64,000 nucleotides of DNA from a bacterium (GTDB taxonomy: Bacteria > SAR324 > NAC60-12): assembly GCA_965209155.1 (NCBI GenBank), contig OZ242383.1:1216001-1280000 (forward strand), written 5' to 3'. The notes under the pieces were generated by a model that was given only the letters and a program-made list of their open reading frames with translations, had not been told where the DNA came from and searched no databases. The translations under genes were made by a program, and so were the position numbers. How positions within the stretch are numbered: position 1 is the first letter of the stretch; each line of letters begins with the position of its first letter. Below, piece after piece: positions 43,945 through 54,092 of this stretch.

Positions 43945-45048
43945 TCAGCCCGCGTTGCCATTCTGAGGATTTCCTCCGGAGGGAAGGAGATCGGCCAATT
44001 GGTCACGGACCTCGTATTGGTCGAAGAGGGCTTCTACCTGAGCCCAAGTGGTGGGATCCACCGGGATGCCCTGGGCCAATCGCTCCTGGCGAGTCTTGGC
44101 GGATCTTTCCCCCGGAAAGAAAACCCCACTCGATCCTTCCATCGGGGGGGTGTCTTGAACGTATCTCATCACCTGCTGGACCTCGGCCCGGATGGTTTCC
44201 AGGGGCGCCATGCAGCCCAGGTCGATGACGAGTATCATGGATCCTGCCCACATTGCCCACCTGTCAATCTCTCCTGGAGGGGAAGCGATCTGGCCCAGAA
44301 TTCCCCCGAAAAGCGCCATCATCAGCGAGAGCGCATATCCCTTGTGGCCCCCTTGCATGCCGCCAACGGGTAATTGGGCACCCCCCTCGTAGAAATCGTT
44401 AGGATTCCGACTGGGGACCCCATGCTTATCTATGACCCAAGTATCCGGAAGTTCCTCTTCCTTGTTACGGTATACCCGCAGCTTCCCTTCAGAGGTGATC
44501 GAGGTAGAAATATCAAGCAGGACCGGTGCGCCTTCGGCATGAGGAAAGGCCATTGCTAAAGGGTTCGAACCGAGTCGGCCTTCGCGTCCTCCAAAGGGAG
44601 CCTGGGTGGCGACCGGTCCTCCCGCCCAGCCCGTGAACATGATGGCAGCCATGCCGGCCTCTGCTGCCATTTCAGGGTAGGTTCCGATTCGACCCGTATG
44701 AGAATGGTTTCCCATGGTCACCAAGCTGACACCATGATCACGAGCCTGCTCGATCGCCATTTCGGTCGCTCGTGTGGCAACCACCTGTCCGAAGGTAGAA
44801 TGGCCATCGACCTGGAGGATCCCCCCATGGTTGCCAACGACTTCCGGATCTGCCTTTGGATCGACAACTCCTTTCTCAATTTCTTTCAGGTACTGGGGGA
44901 TGCGAATGAACCCATGGGAATCGTATCCCGCAAGATTGGCCTGGGCCAGGTGGTCCGCCACGATACCGGCGTGGCCGGCCGAGGCTCCTCCCGCCTGCAT
45001 CATCACATCGGTTATCCGGACAATCTGATGTTTCGTCAATATTGGCAT
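43945..45048 (-). CDS. Ldh_2 family oxidoreductase (malate/L-lactate/ureidoglycolate dehydrogenase-like)
   Basis: DSHGFIRIPQY, HTGRIG, GSNPLAMA, HKGYAL, FFPGE. Confidence 0.92.
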   Translation of the reverse strand: MPILTKHQIVRITDVMMQAGGASAGHAGIVADHLAQANLAGYDSHGFIRIPQYLKEIEKGVVDPKADPEVVGNHGGILQVDGHSTFGQVVATRATEMAIEQARDHGVSLVTMGNHSHTGRIGTYPEMAAEAGMAAIMFTGWAGGPVATQAPFGGREGRLGSNPLAMAFPHAEGAPVLLDISTSITSEGKLRVYRNKEEELPDTWVIDKHGVPSRNPNDFYEGGAQLPVGGMQGGHKGYALSLMMALFGGILGQIASPPGEIDRWAMWAGSMILVIDLGCMAPLETIRAEVQQVMRYVQDTPPMEGSSGVFFPGERSAKTRQERLAQGIPVDPTTWAQVEALFDQYEVRDQLADLLPSGGNPQNGNAG

Positions 45049-45129
45049 GTTCAGCTCCTTCAAAATTAGTTGGTATCCTGTGATAATTTTTCTTTTGATT
45101 TTTAGAATAATTAATGACTTCTAATGATA

Positions 45130-45512
45130 TGTCATCCCGGGCCCGGGATGATCCGGGATCCAGGTGCCACCTGGCGTTGCATACCCCTGGATTCCGGGTA
45201 AAGCCCGGAATGAAGAAAATAGAAAATCATGCGCAACCAGTTAAATGCCTCCCCTCCCTTGATGGAAGCCGTTTGCGGAAGCGGTGTCGGGAAAGGGTGA
45301 TCCCGTTCGTATCCCCTCCCCTGGAGGGAGGGGTTGGGGGAGGGGGGAAAACTGGACCCGGCTCATGGACGCTATTGCGGTTCACAATTGAATATACCAT
45401 AATGTTCCTCTTTTTGTCATCCTGAGGCCTGGGCGGCCCCCTTGCAAAGGATCTCATTGAAATCATGGAAATTCTTCGCCGCAGCCGCTTCGGCGGACCG
45501 TCAGAATGACAT
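45130..45512. repeat. Cluster of at least three REP-like palindrome families
   Basis: TGTCATCCCGG..TGGATTCCGGGTAAAGCCCGGAATGA; CCCCTCCCCTGGAGGGAGGGG; TGTCATCCTGAG..CAGAATGACA. Confidence 0.75.
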
Positions 45513-45585
45513 ATTGGTGTCGCACCCAACTGAGAAACACTATACGTGTCGCGACGCCCTGCCCTCAATTCTTCAACCGGTCGCC

Positions 45586-46737
45586 TCATTTAATCGATCC
45601 GGCCAACAAGCCGCGCGCGAAATATCGTTGCATGGCGAAAAAGACCGCCAACGGCAGCGCCATAGAAATGAAAGCCCCCGTCGACAGGAGTTCCCATCGG
45701 CCGCCCCAGGTTCCCTGAAATGTATTAATGTGGTCGGTCATGACTGTGGTGTCACCGGTGGCGTCAATCAGAAACACCTTGGCACCGACGAGATCGTTAA
45801 ACATCCACAGAAACTGAATGATCGCGTACGCGCCGAGCGCCGGAATGCTGAGCGGCAGAACGATCCTCACGAAAATCTGGAAATCAGTTGCACCGTCGAG
45901 CTTGGCGTTTTCGATAATTTCGCGCGGTATACCGGCCATGTAGTTGCGCAAAAGATAGATGGCAAATGGCTGTCCGAGCGCGGTATGGACGAGCCAGACG
46001 CTCAGGTAACCCTTCTCGATTCCGATGCCCAGGTGCAGCTTCAGAATGGGGATGAAGGCAAGCTGGCCAGGAAAGACAAGGGCCACGATGACCGCGGTGA
46101 TCAACCATGCACGGCCTCGGAAATTCATCCAGGCGAGCGCGTAGGCGGCAAACGCGGCCACCACGAGCGGGATAATCGTCGCCGGAATGGCCACGGTCAG
46201 CGTGTTGAAAAAGGCCTGCAACATACCTTCGTAGTTCTTCTCGTCAAACAGCATCCAGTGGTAATTTGCGAGCGAAAATTCGGGTGGCGCTCTTGCCGTG
46301 ACGAATACGCGTTGTCCGCGGCCGCTCAACTGATCGTCGTTGCCGCGCCAGACGTAGTCACCGTGGGCCTGAACCGTGATGCTTTCCCCATCTCCCAGGT
46401 CGGCCACCTCACCGGGAACATAGACATCAATCGCTCGCGACGAGGTGCCCCAAACGGTAATCTTCTTTGAGGCCCCCTCGCCGAACAGGTTACCCGAGAC
46501 CGTAAAGAGGTCGCCGTCTGTCCGGCGAAAGTCGTCCGGATCGGCGGCCCGAAGAACTTCGTTCTGCTCAGTTGTAAAGAGCGCTGCCCACCATCCTGAA
46601 CCAATGATCTGGTCCCTGGTTCGGAACGAAGAGACGAACAGACCCAGTGTTGGAGCCAGCCACGCCGCAACCAGCACAGCGACTGAGATGTGCACGATCC
46701 ATTTGTGCGTAGATTTGTTTTGCACTATTCCATCCAT
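45586..46737 (-). CDS. Carbohydrate ABC permease (AglG-like)
   Basis: PTLGLFVSSFR, IPREIIENAKLDGA EAA loop, QRYFARGLLAGSIK. Confidence 0.88.
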   Translation of the reverse strand: MDGIVQNKSTHKWIVHISVAVLVAAWLAPTLGLFVSSFRTRDQIIGSGWWAALFTTEQNEVLRAADPDDFRRTDGDLFTVSGNLFGEGASKKITVWGTSSRAIDVYVPGEVADLGDGESITVQAHGDYVWRGNDDQLSGRGQRVFVTARAPPEFSLANYHWMLFDEKNYEGMLQAFFNTLTVAIPATIIPLVVAAFAAYALAWMNFRGRAWLITAVIVALVFPGQLAFIPILKLHLGIGIEKGYLSVWLVHTALGQPFAIYLLRNYMAGIPREIIENAKLDGATDFQIFVRIVLPLSIPALGAYAIIQFLWMFNDLVGAKVFLIDATGDTTVMTDHINTFQGTWGGRWELLSTGAFISMALPLAVFFAMQRYFARGLLAGSIK

Positions 46738-46746
46738 GGTCAATCC

Positions 46747-47982
46747 TCAGCTCATTTCTTTGCGGACGTTGCGCACATTCCAGATCATAATCGGCAACAA
46801 TAGCAACAGAAGGATGATCGCAGATGCCGACCCGACGCCCCAGTCGAGGTCGTTGAATATCTTGCGGAACAAATAATTTGCCAGAACCTCCGTATTCCAA
46901 TTACCGTTGGTCAACACAAAGACAATGTCGAACACCTTCAACACGAGCACCGTGATGAGGGTCCACACCACGATGATTGTACCGACGATTTGCGGGACCT
47001 TGATGCGGAAAAATAACTGCAACGGCGTCGCGCCATCGATGATGGCGGCCTCAACCGTTTCCTGCGGAATACCGCGCAGCGCCGCCGAGAGGATCACCAT
47101 GGCTAAGCCGGTCTGGATCCAGATCATAATGGCCATCAGGAAGAAATTGTTCCAGAACGGTATCGTCAGCCAGGACAGGGGTTTGCCGTAAGGCAGGGTG
47201 ATCGTGAACACGTCGATCACGTTCAGAAGCGCCAGGATGGCGAGATAGGCCGCCGCCGTAGCGGCAACTGCTCGCAGAGCCGCGGTGATGATTCCGCCCT
47301 TTCGTTCTTCCGGAATGAAGAAGGGGCGCAGGAACAGGTAACAGACATACGCCGCCACCGCAGCAAAGCCCAACAGGATGATGGCCGGGAATATCCGCAG
47401 AAAAAGAAACGAGCCGTTCCCATCTTCGAACTGCATCCAGACCGCGTTCAACATCCCGATCTGCACCCGATCCTCGGCTTGGGTGTCATAGATCAGCTTG
47501 AAGATCACCGCGGCGCCGACAAACGAGATCGCCATGGGCATGAAGATGATCGACTTGGCGATGTTGCCCCAGGCAATGCGGTCCGTCAGTTGGGCGATCA
47601 GGAGGCCAAACGCCGTACACGCAGCGGGTACGACGCTCAGCCACAACATGTTGTTGCGCATCGCTTCCCAGAATTTCGTCTCGCTGAACATCCGCTGATA
47701 GTTCGCAAGACCGACAAACGCACCGCCCAAATCGCGGTCGGTGAGTGACAAGCGCAGTGTCTCGAAAACCGGGTAGACTATGTAGACCCCCATCATGAAC
47801 ATGGCCGGGAAGAGGAACAACCACGGCCGGACCAGGTTGGCGCGAGTGATGTTATTTCCGGCGTTCTCACCGCGCGGCGGGAACAGGACTTTGTCGAGCA
47901 GCTGGTTAGCGAGGTAGAAGTAACTGAGGCAACCGCCGATACCGATGATGATGATGATGAGACCCTGGATTGCTGCGTTCAT
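46747..47982 (-). CDS. Carbohydrate ABC permease (AglF-like)
   Basis: RPWLFLFPA, PMAISFVGA, ALRGIPQETVEAAIIDGA. Confidence 0.88.
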   Translation of the reverse strand: MNAAIQGLIIIIIGIGGCLSYFYLANQLLDKVLFPPRGENAGNNITRANLVRPWLFLFPAMFMMGVYIVYPVFETLRLSLTDRDLGGAFVGLANYQRMFSETKFWEAMRNNMLWLSVVPAACTAFGLLIAQLTDRIAWGNIAKSIIFMPMAISFVGAAVIFKLIYDTQAEDRVQIGMLNAVWMQFEDGNGSFLFLRIFPAIILLGFAAVAAYVCYLFLRPFFIPEERKGGIITAALRAVAATAAAYLAILALLNVIDVFTITLPYGKPLSWLTIPFWNNFFLMAIMIWIQTGLAMVILSAALRGIPQETVEAAIIDGATPLQLFFRIKVPQIVGTIIVVWTLITVLVLKVFDIVFVLTNGNWNTEVLANYLFRKIFNDLDWGVGSASAIILLLLLLPIMIWNVRNVRKEMS

Positions 47983-48034
47983 GTCCGCGCTCCTCCCTGA
48001 ATGTTGTCAATGCGTGTCATTCTAAACTCACTCA

Positions 48035-48790
48035 TCACCTCCCTGCGCCTATTCCTCCGTCAATGACCAAGTCGCTGCCGGTGACAAAAGAGGACTCGTT
48101 CGAAGCCAGGTAAAGGGCGCCGTAGGCCACGTCTTCCGGCTGGCCCGTGCGGCCCAGGGGAATCCTGTTGAGCATTTTCTCTTGATATCCCTCCTCCTCC
48201 ATCAAGTGGGCGTTCATCATTGTTTTGATGCTGGCTGGAATTATGGAGTTGACGCGGATCCCTTCCCTGCCGTATTGAACAGCGGTGGACTTGGTCAATA
48301 GCCGCACCGCGGCCTTGGACATGGTGTAGGTGCACGACGCCTCCATGCCACCTTCCAGCCCAGCAATCGAAGAGATGTTGATCATGGAGCCGCCGCCCGC
48401 TTTCCGCATCTCGGGTATGGCGTGTTTTGTCCCCAGAAACGCACCCTTGGCGTTTATTTCCAAATCCTGGTCCCACTGCTCGCTGGTGATCTCCTCCACC
48501 AGACCGGTCCGGTAAGTACCGGCGTTGTTCACCAGAACGTCCAGTTTCCCAAAGTGGGCGACGGTGGACGCCACGGCTTGCTGCCACTCGGCCTCGCTGG
48601 TGACATCCAACCGGACGAAGAGGCACGCGCCACCCGTTTCATTAATTTGTGTCTCGGTCTGACGCCCTTCTTCTTCCAGCACGTCTCCAATGACCACTTT
48701 GGCCCCTTCCCTGGCAAACAGCTTGGCCATCGCTGCGCCAATACCCCTGGCTCCCCCGCTGATAAAAGCGACCTTGCCTTTCAGTTTCAT
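48035..48790 (-). CDS. Short-chain dehydrogenase/reductase
   Basis: SGGARGIG, NNAG, YTMSK. Confidence 0.93.
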   Translation of the reverse strand: MKLKGKVAFISGGARGIGAAMAKLFAREGAKVVIGDVLEEEGRQTETQINETGGACLFVRLDVTSEAEWQQAVASTVAHFGKLDVLVNNAGTYRTGLVEEITSEQWDQDLEINAKGAFLGTKHAIPEMRKAGGGSMINISSIAGLEGGMEASCTYTMSKAAVRLLTKSTAVQYGREGIRVNSIIPASIKTMMNAHLMEEEGYQEKMLNRIPLGRTGQPEDVAYGALYLASNESSFVTGSDLVIDGGIGAGR

Positions 48791-48802
48791 GGTTTGCCTC
48801 TT

Positions 48803-49501
48803 CTATTGATGATTGATGGTTGTCCGTCTCCCCGCCAACCACTGGATCCCCCGCCCCACTACCGCACGAAAACCGGGGTTTGAGTAGGCCTGGTTATCGT
48901 CCCCGCCCTGGTAGCAGAAGACCCTCGCCTTACCGAAGGTCCGAGTCCACGCGATCGTCTTCATACTCTGGGGATGATCGGTGGTGAGCAGGATGTGGCT
49001 ATCCTCGTCCGCGTCGTCTATGTTATAGGTCTCGTCGACGATGTCCCACGGCTTTAGTGATGCAGTGATGGGATGTGCGGTGTCCGCGACGTCGATGCGC
49101 ACGGTCTGGTCGAAGGCGCACGGTATTGCGCCTCGCTGACGCATGCCGCTAAGCTCTCTCCAGAGCGGCCAGTCGGGAAAGGCAACCAGCGCGTGATGCA
49201 GCAGAAATATCCCCTGGTCCCCATCAGCAAGGCCCTCCAGCATCTCCTTTATGGCTCCGCTCTGCTTATCGGTTCCGGGCTCTGATTTGCCATCTTTTTC
49301 AGCGGGCGTGCTTTGGTGCCAGTTGAAGAACACGAGTACGTCGTAGGTCCCTGGACCGCGTGCCGAGTCGAAAACGAAGTCCCACAGGTTCTGAGGGTAG
49401 GCATCGATTTCGGGAAGGGAGCGAAGCATGGACTGGAAGCCGACCACGTCATACTCGTGCTCGCCGGTAATCACTGCTGTTTTTATCTTTCCATTCGCCA
49501 T
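48803..49501 (-). CDS. ThuA-like (class I GATase fold) protein
   Basis: VITGEH, HPIT..DETY, AWTRTFGKARVF, RGIQW. Confidence 0.8.
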   Translation of the reverse strand: MANGKIKTAVITGEHEYDVVGFQSMLRSLPEIDAYPQNLWDFVFDSARGPGTYDVLVFFNWHQSTPAEKDGKSEPGTDKQSGAIKEMLEGLADGDQGIFLLHHALVAFPDWPLWRELSGMRQRGAIPCAFDQTVRIDVADTAHPITASLKPWDIVDETYNIDDADEDSHILLTTDHPQSMKTIAWTRTFGKARVFCYQGGDDNQAYSNPGFRAVVGRGIQWLAGRRTTINHQ

Positions 49502-49539
49502 GTTCCTGTCTCCTGTATTAGATTAAAGATTACAATGAT

Positions 49540-49634
49540 GTGCCATCCCGGTCCCGGATCATCCCGGACCGGGATGATCCGGCCAGGTACCTGGTAGCTT
49601 TGCATACCCTTGGAGTCCGGGTCCCGGAATGACA
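49540..49634. repeat. REP element of the GGAATGACA family
   Basis: CATCCCGGTCCCGGATCATCCCGGACCGGGATG..CCCGGAATGACA. Confidence 0.8.
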
Positions 49635-49655
49635 AAAATAGAAAATCACACCCAA

Positions 49656-49786
49656 CTAGTGCTCTGTCAACTTTAATTTGACGGTAGGGCCGGGTGACGT
49701 CCCGGCCTAAGAAACGCCACGCTCGCATTGGCCGGGGCGTCACCCGGCCCTACCATTAACTCGGCATTTTAAAGTTGACAATCTAG
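49656..49786. mobile_element. MITE-like element with an internal REP doublet
   Basis: CTAG..TGTCAACTTTA (49665-75) / TAAAGTTGACA (49770-80)..CTAG; internal GGTAGGGCCGGGTGACG / CGTCACCCGGCCCTACC. Confidence 0.7.
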
Positions 49787-50808
49787 TTGGGCAGCAAGGC
49801 CACGGAACGGACCTCGCCAAACTCCTTTTGCAGCTTTTGCCAGGAATCACCCCCGTCTTCGCTCAGGTACACATAGCCGAAGATGCTGGCCGCGACGATT
49901 ACATTGGGCCGCTCCTTGTGAGAGCTTATCCCATAAATAATGGAGTTGGGCTCTACCGGCAGGGACACCGGTTGCCAACTTTTCCCGGCATCCTGGGTGC
50001 GCTGCACGGCACCGGTGACACCGGGAATAACGTCGCCGTTGCCGACGAACATGACATTGGGGTTATCCGCTTTGATGACCATGCCTCGGCAGTAGGACAC
50101 GCGATCCGCTTCATGGAACTTGGGGAAATAGTGGTAATCCCAGCTTTCACCTTCGTCGTGGCTGGTGGCGATCCCAAAGGGCGAGGTACAGTAGACTGCG
50201 GAACGGGCGCCGGTCTTCAGAGCCATACTGTGAATGTCGCCCTGGAAGGGGTCAGGCCCCAGGTCGGGCAGGTGGTCCCAGCTGTCGCCGCCATCCAGGC
50301 TCTTGTATACCCCGTCAACCTCCATGCCGGCCCAAATGGTGCGGTTGTCCCTGGGATCTACGATCATGCAGGTGGTCCGCGGCGGCGAGGGAGGAAGTGG
50401 TTCAGAGATGGGGCAATTCATGTTTACGCCCATAGGGAGCTTGCTCCAAGTCCGCCCCCCATCCCTGGAGCGGAATCCCTCGGGTCGCGTACCCACGAAT
50501 AGGGTGTCCGGGTCCGTGGGATCTACAGTCACCGACCAGATTTCAAGATCCGCTGTGGGGGCATCCAGGTTTTCCCAGGTCGCGCCGCCGTCTTCGCTGC
50601 GGAAAACGCCCACTTGGGATGAGGGTACTGATTGACAATCAGCACCAGCCAATACCCGCCGGGGGTTGTCCGGATACACGCACAACGCCCTGACGTTGGA
50701 CTCATGCCAGATAGGTTGATTGATTTTGGTCCAGGATTCACCCCCGTCGGCACTCACGTTCAGCCCTTGGCCGGCGGTGCCGATGAGGAGTGTGTAATCT
50801 TTTGCCAT
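49783..50808 (-). CDS. BNR/Asp-box beta-propeller protein (glycosyl hydrolase/Ycf48-like)
   Basis: Seven S.D.G.(S/T)W-type Asp boxes. Confidence 0.85.
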   Translation of the reverse strand: MAKDYTLLIGTAGQGLNVSADGGESWTKINQPIWHESNVRALCVYPDNPRRVLAGADCQSVPSSQVGVFRSEDGGATWENLDAPTADLEIWSVTVDPTDPDTLFVGTRPEGFRSRDGGRTWSKLPMGVNMNCPISEPLPPSPPRTTCMIVDPRDNRTIWAGMEVDGVYKSLDGGDSWDHLPDLGPDPFQGDIHSMALKTGARSAVYCTSPFGIATSHDEGESWDYHYFPKFHEADRVSYCRGMVIKADNPNVMFVGNGDVIPGVTGAVQRTQDAGKSWQPVSLPVEPNSIIYGISSHKERPNVIVAASIFGYVYLSEDGGDSWQKLQKEFGEVRSVALLPN

Positions 50809-50904
50809 GTCGCGTCTCCTTATTTGCTCAAATCCTGCTAATGGGGGTATTCTACTTGCTGCAGTAGGATGGGCAAGCTAAGCTTGCCCACCACTGCTGG
50901 GATA

Positions 50905-52287
50905 CTACTCGACAGCGTCCCAGCCCTTCTCGATGTCGCTTGCAACGGCAGCGGCGTCCTTGCCACCGATATAGTCCACCATGCCCTGCCAGAAAGTGCC
51001 TTGGCCAACGGCAGCGGGCATCAAGTCGGATGCGTCGAACCGGAATGTGGTCGCATTAGTGAGAATTTCATTCAGCTTGGCCTGCGTCTTGTTAGCGAAA
51101 GCCGATTTGTTGACGTACTTGTGCGCCGTTAGGAAATTCCCTCCGGTCATGAGGATTTCGTGGGCAATCGGCGTCTTTACGAACTCCAAAAACCCGCGGG
51201 CTGCTGGGCTGTCCTTAGTGATGGTCATAACCTGACCGCCACCGAGAAGCGGATTGCCGAGGTCCTTTTTCGCATAGGACGGAAAATAGAAGAAGTCCAC
51301 GTCTTCACCGACATTCGTACCTTCTGGGAATTGCTGAACTATGTACGATGCCGCACGGTGCATGTAGCACTGCGGCGGGCTGTCGAAGAGACCCCTCGGG
51401 CTGTCTCTCCAATCCTGGCTGGCCACTAGACTCGGCCCGCCGACTACATATTTATCGTTCAAGGCAAATGCGCCAAATTCCTCGATTGCGGCAACGATTC
51501 GGGGGTCATCAAACGGAATTTCGTTGTTCACCCACTGGTCGTACACTTGCGGAGGCTGCGTGCGCAGCATCATGTCCTCGACCCAGTCACTTGCCGCCCA
51601 ACCGGTGTACGCACCACTTGCAATACCCATACACCACGGGGTTCCACCGTCGGCAACGATTCGATCGTTCAGCGCGTGCACTTCTTCCATGGTCTGCGGG
51701 ATTTCGTAGCCCGCGTCCTCGAAGTTTTCGGGGATGTACCAGACCAGCGACTTAATTTGCTGTTCGAAGGCGAAGCCGTAGTAAGCCTCGTTCCCGTCCG
51801 GGCCGACATAGTTGCCGAGGTCGACAAAGGACTGGCCAGCGGCGTAGTTGTCGCGCATCCAGCCGGCAATATCGGGATCCAATTTGGTCAGGAAACCGCG
51901 CTTGGCCATGTCCGCGGACAAACCTGGCAGCGCGTGGTGCGCGATATTTGGTGCTGATCCTGCTTCGGCGTCAACAATCAAATCTTGCGAGAGTGTCCTC
52001 TGCGCAGATTTGTAGCGGACGTCGGCACCGGTCGCTTCTTCGAAATAAGCAATGGCCTTTTCGAAGTTCTCCGCGTCTTGTCCGTCCCACATTCCCATGA
52101 TCGTGAGTTGCTGGCCAGAATAGTCGTGCTCCTTCGCAAAGGCGTGGTAGCTGTCCCAGCTGAACTCGCCTTCGCCAATCGGGAATTCGAGGTGACCATC
52201 CGCATGCGCGACACCCGTCAGGGCGAAGATAGCGACCATCAAAGTCCCTATAAACCCAAACCTTTTTTTCATTTTTATCTTTTTCAT
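50905..52287 (-). CDS. Carbohydrate ABC substrate-binding protein (AglE-like)
   Basis: Signal peptide, KSLVWY.PENF, TPWCMGI, DWVEDMMLR, FRFDASDLMP. Alternative start 52314. Confidence 0.88.
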   Translation of the reverse strand: MKKIKMKKRFGFIGTLMVAIFALTGVAHADGHLEFPIGEGEFSWDSYHAFAKEHDYSGQQLTIMGMWDGQDAENFEKAIAYFEEATGADVRYKSAQRTLSQDLIVDAEAGSAPNIAHHALPGLSADMAKRGFLTKLDPDIAGWMRDNYAAGQSFVDLGNYVGPDGNEAYYGFAFEQQIKSLVWYIPENFEDAGYEIPQTMEEVHALNDRIVADGGTPWCMGIASGAYTGWAASDWVEDMMLRTQPPQVYDQWVNNEIPFDDPRIVAAIEEFGAFALNDKYVVGGPSLVASQDWRDSPRGLFDSPPQCYMHRAASYIVQQFPEGTNVGEDVDFFYFPSYAKKDLGNPLLGGGQVMTITKDSPAARGFLEFVKTPIAHEILMTGGNFLTAHKYVNKSAFANKTQAKLNEILTNATTFRFDASDLMPAAVGQGTFWQGMVDYIGGKDAAAVASDIEKGWDAVE

Positions 52288-52451
52288 AATATTTTCTCCA
52301 AATAATGATTTCATAATTATCTCCCAAATCTAGTTTTTTGAGATTGAAGGAATAAACATTCTTTCTCTGCTAACGTGATTTCCCCATAGGCTTCTCCTGA
52401 TAAGACAGTGATTAAAGAATCCACCTTGACTAGCCGTCCGCGACTGGGCGT

Positions 52452-52745
52452 CCACCTGAGAAGGTGGTTTTGATAGGCCCCTGGAAAGGGTGGTTCGTGA
52501 TCGTACTCGTGAGTCGTGCTCGTGCTCGTGCTCGTGCTCGTGAACGAAACGGCATCTCAGAGAACCCTAAATTCCCTGCCGTCTCTTCTATTCGGAAACC
52601 CCTCTCAAAGGAATCGGGAACGTTTCTGTCGAGCACGTGCACGAGCACGATTACGAACACGTGCACGTTTCTGGCAAAGCCGATTGTCTCTGACCACAAC
52701 TGGGCTGGACCGCATTCGGATCCCCGCCCAAAGGACGTGGTTTCA
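52452..52745. mobile_element. Gene-less element with inverted (CGTGCT)n/(AGCACG)n hexamer arrays and hairpin ends
   Basis: Arrays at ~52496-52546 and ~52629-52667; hairpin CCACCT/AGGTGG at 52452-67; GGCAAAGCC at 52673 shared in inverted form with 61472. Confidence 0.6.
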
Positions 52746-53079
52746 TCAGATAAAATGAAAAATTTCCTCCATCCGCTGCTTCGGAAGGGGATGGATGGAC
52801 AATCAGCTCAGGGATACAGCATCCCAGAAACTTTTGTTTAGCTTCAAGCAGTGTGCCAAATCTGAGATTATTCAGTCAACTTACTGTAATTATTATCTAT
52901 TTTTAAAAGAGGGCGGTTTGGGTATGCGAAGCAGATGTTCAAATATGTTAACTGAATCCAGGTAGAATAGTCGTTAACTATCTGATATTAAAGCTTTATA
53001 GATCAAATTTCAGAATTTGAAACATGTTTAATATTTTGAACACTATTAAACTCTATTACTTACGATGTTACGTAAATTT

Positions 53080-53145
53080 GGTAGGATGGGCTCCACCCAT
53101 CTAAAATGAGAAACAACTTTGTTCAGATGATGGGTGGAGCCATCC
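53080..53145. repeat. GTAG-type REP-like inverted repeat
   Basis: GTAGGATGGGCTCCACCCATC / GATGGGTGGAGCCATCC; a related copy lies at 50863-50891. Confidence 0.65.
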
Positions 53146-53283
53146 AAAGGGTGGAAGCGGTTTTTTCTTTGGGCCAGCGAACTGATAAGGATGGTGAATT
53201 GTATCATTGACTGATTCGCTCTCAAATTATAGAATAGCCATGAACAGAAAACCAATTCAATCCCTATAAGAAGGAAAACCTCT

Positions 53284-53541
53284 ATGGCTTCTATAGCGAC
53301 ACTGGAAATTTCTCAAGAAATTTTAGATTCTGCCCGATTGACGCCTAGCGAACTCAAAGTAGAAATGGCTGTGTATCTCTATACGCAAAATCGTCTTTCG
53401 ATTGGCAAAGCCAAAGAATTGGCGAATATGAGCTTGTGGCAGTTTCGACAATTGCTGGCTTCACGAAAAATTGCGCCTCATTATGATCAAACAGATTTTG
53501 AAGAAGATCTTGCACAGTTGAAAAAAACGGAAAAATCATGA
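53284..53541 (+). CDS. UPF0175 family putative antitoxin
   Basis: AVYLYTQNRLSIGKAKELANMS..F..LL..Y..DFEED. Confidence 0.88.
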   Translation: MASIATLEISQEILDSARLTPSELKVEMAVYLYTQNRLSIGKAKELANMSLWQFRQLLASRKIAPHYDQTDFEEDLAQLKKTEKS

Positions 53542-54032
53542 TCGTTGTGAGCAATACCTCTCCCTTGACAAATCTAGCAGCGATTGGCCAATTCGATTTA
53601 TTGCAATCCTTACACAAATCTATTCATATTGCCCAGGGCGTATGGGATGAATTAAACCACGAAGAGAAAAAGTGGCCAGGCAGCTATGAAGTTTCCCAAG
53701 CTACCTGGATTGAAAGACATTCTGTCGAGAATAAAGCCCTTGTCACAGCTTTAGAAAACGACCTTGATCTGGGAGAATCAGAGACGATTGCTCTAGCATT
53801 AGAATTACAAGCAGATTTAGTCTTATTGGATGAAAAAGAAGGGCGACGAATGGCGAAACGGTTAGAATTACCTGTTATGGGAGTCGTTGGGATTTTGCTG
53901 GAAGCAAAAGCAATTAAACTGGTGGACAGACTTCTTCCTCATCTAGATGATCTTCGCAATAAGGCAGGGTTTTATTTGAGTGAACCATTGTATCAATCCA
54001 TTCTTTTAACTTCAGGTGAAACTGCTTCATAA
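53538..54032 (+). CDS. DUF3368 PIN-domain putative toxin
   Basis: IVVSNTSPL, LDLGESETIALA, LLDEKEGR, GVVGIL; ATGA overlap with the antitoxin. Confidence 0.88.
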   Translation: MIVVSNTSPLTNLAAIGQFDLLQSLHKSIHIAQGVWDELNHEEKKWPGSYEVSQATWIERHSVENKALVTALENDLDLGESETIALALELQADLVLLDEKEGRRMAKRLELPVMGVVGILLEAKAIKLVDRLLPHLDDLRNKAGFYLSEPLYQSILLTSGETAS

Positions 54033-54092
54033 ATTGTGTCACTAACCGGCACCTTTTTTGGGGAAGTGGTCAAAGTTATGATCATGCCCTTA

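Noticed and set aside
45442..46470. 342-aa plus-strand ORF and similar long antisense ORFs
   Set aside because: They lie opposite well-supported GC-rich genes and show no recognisable motifs.
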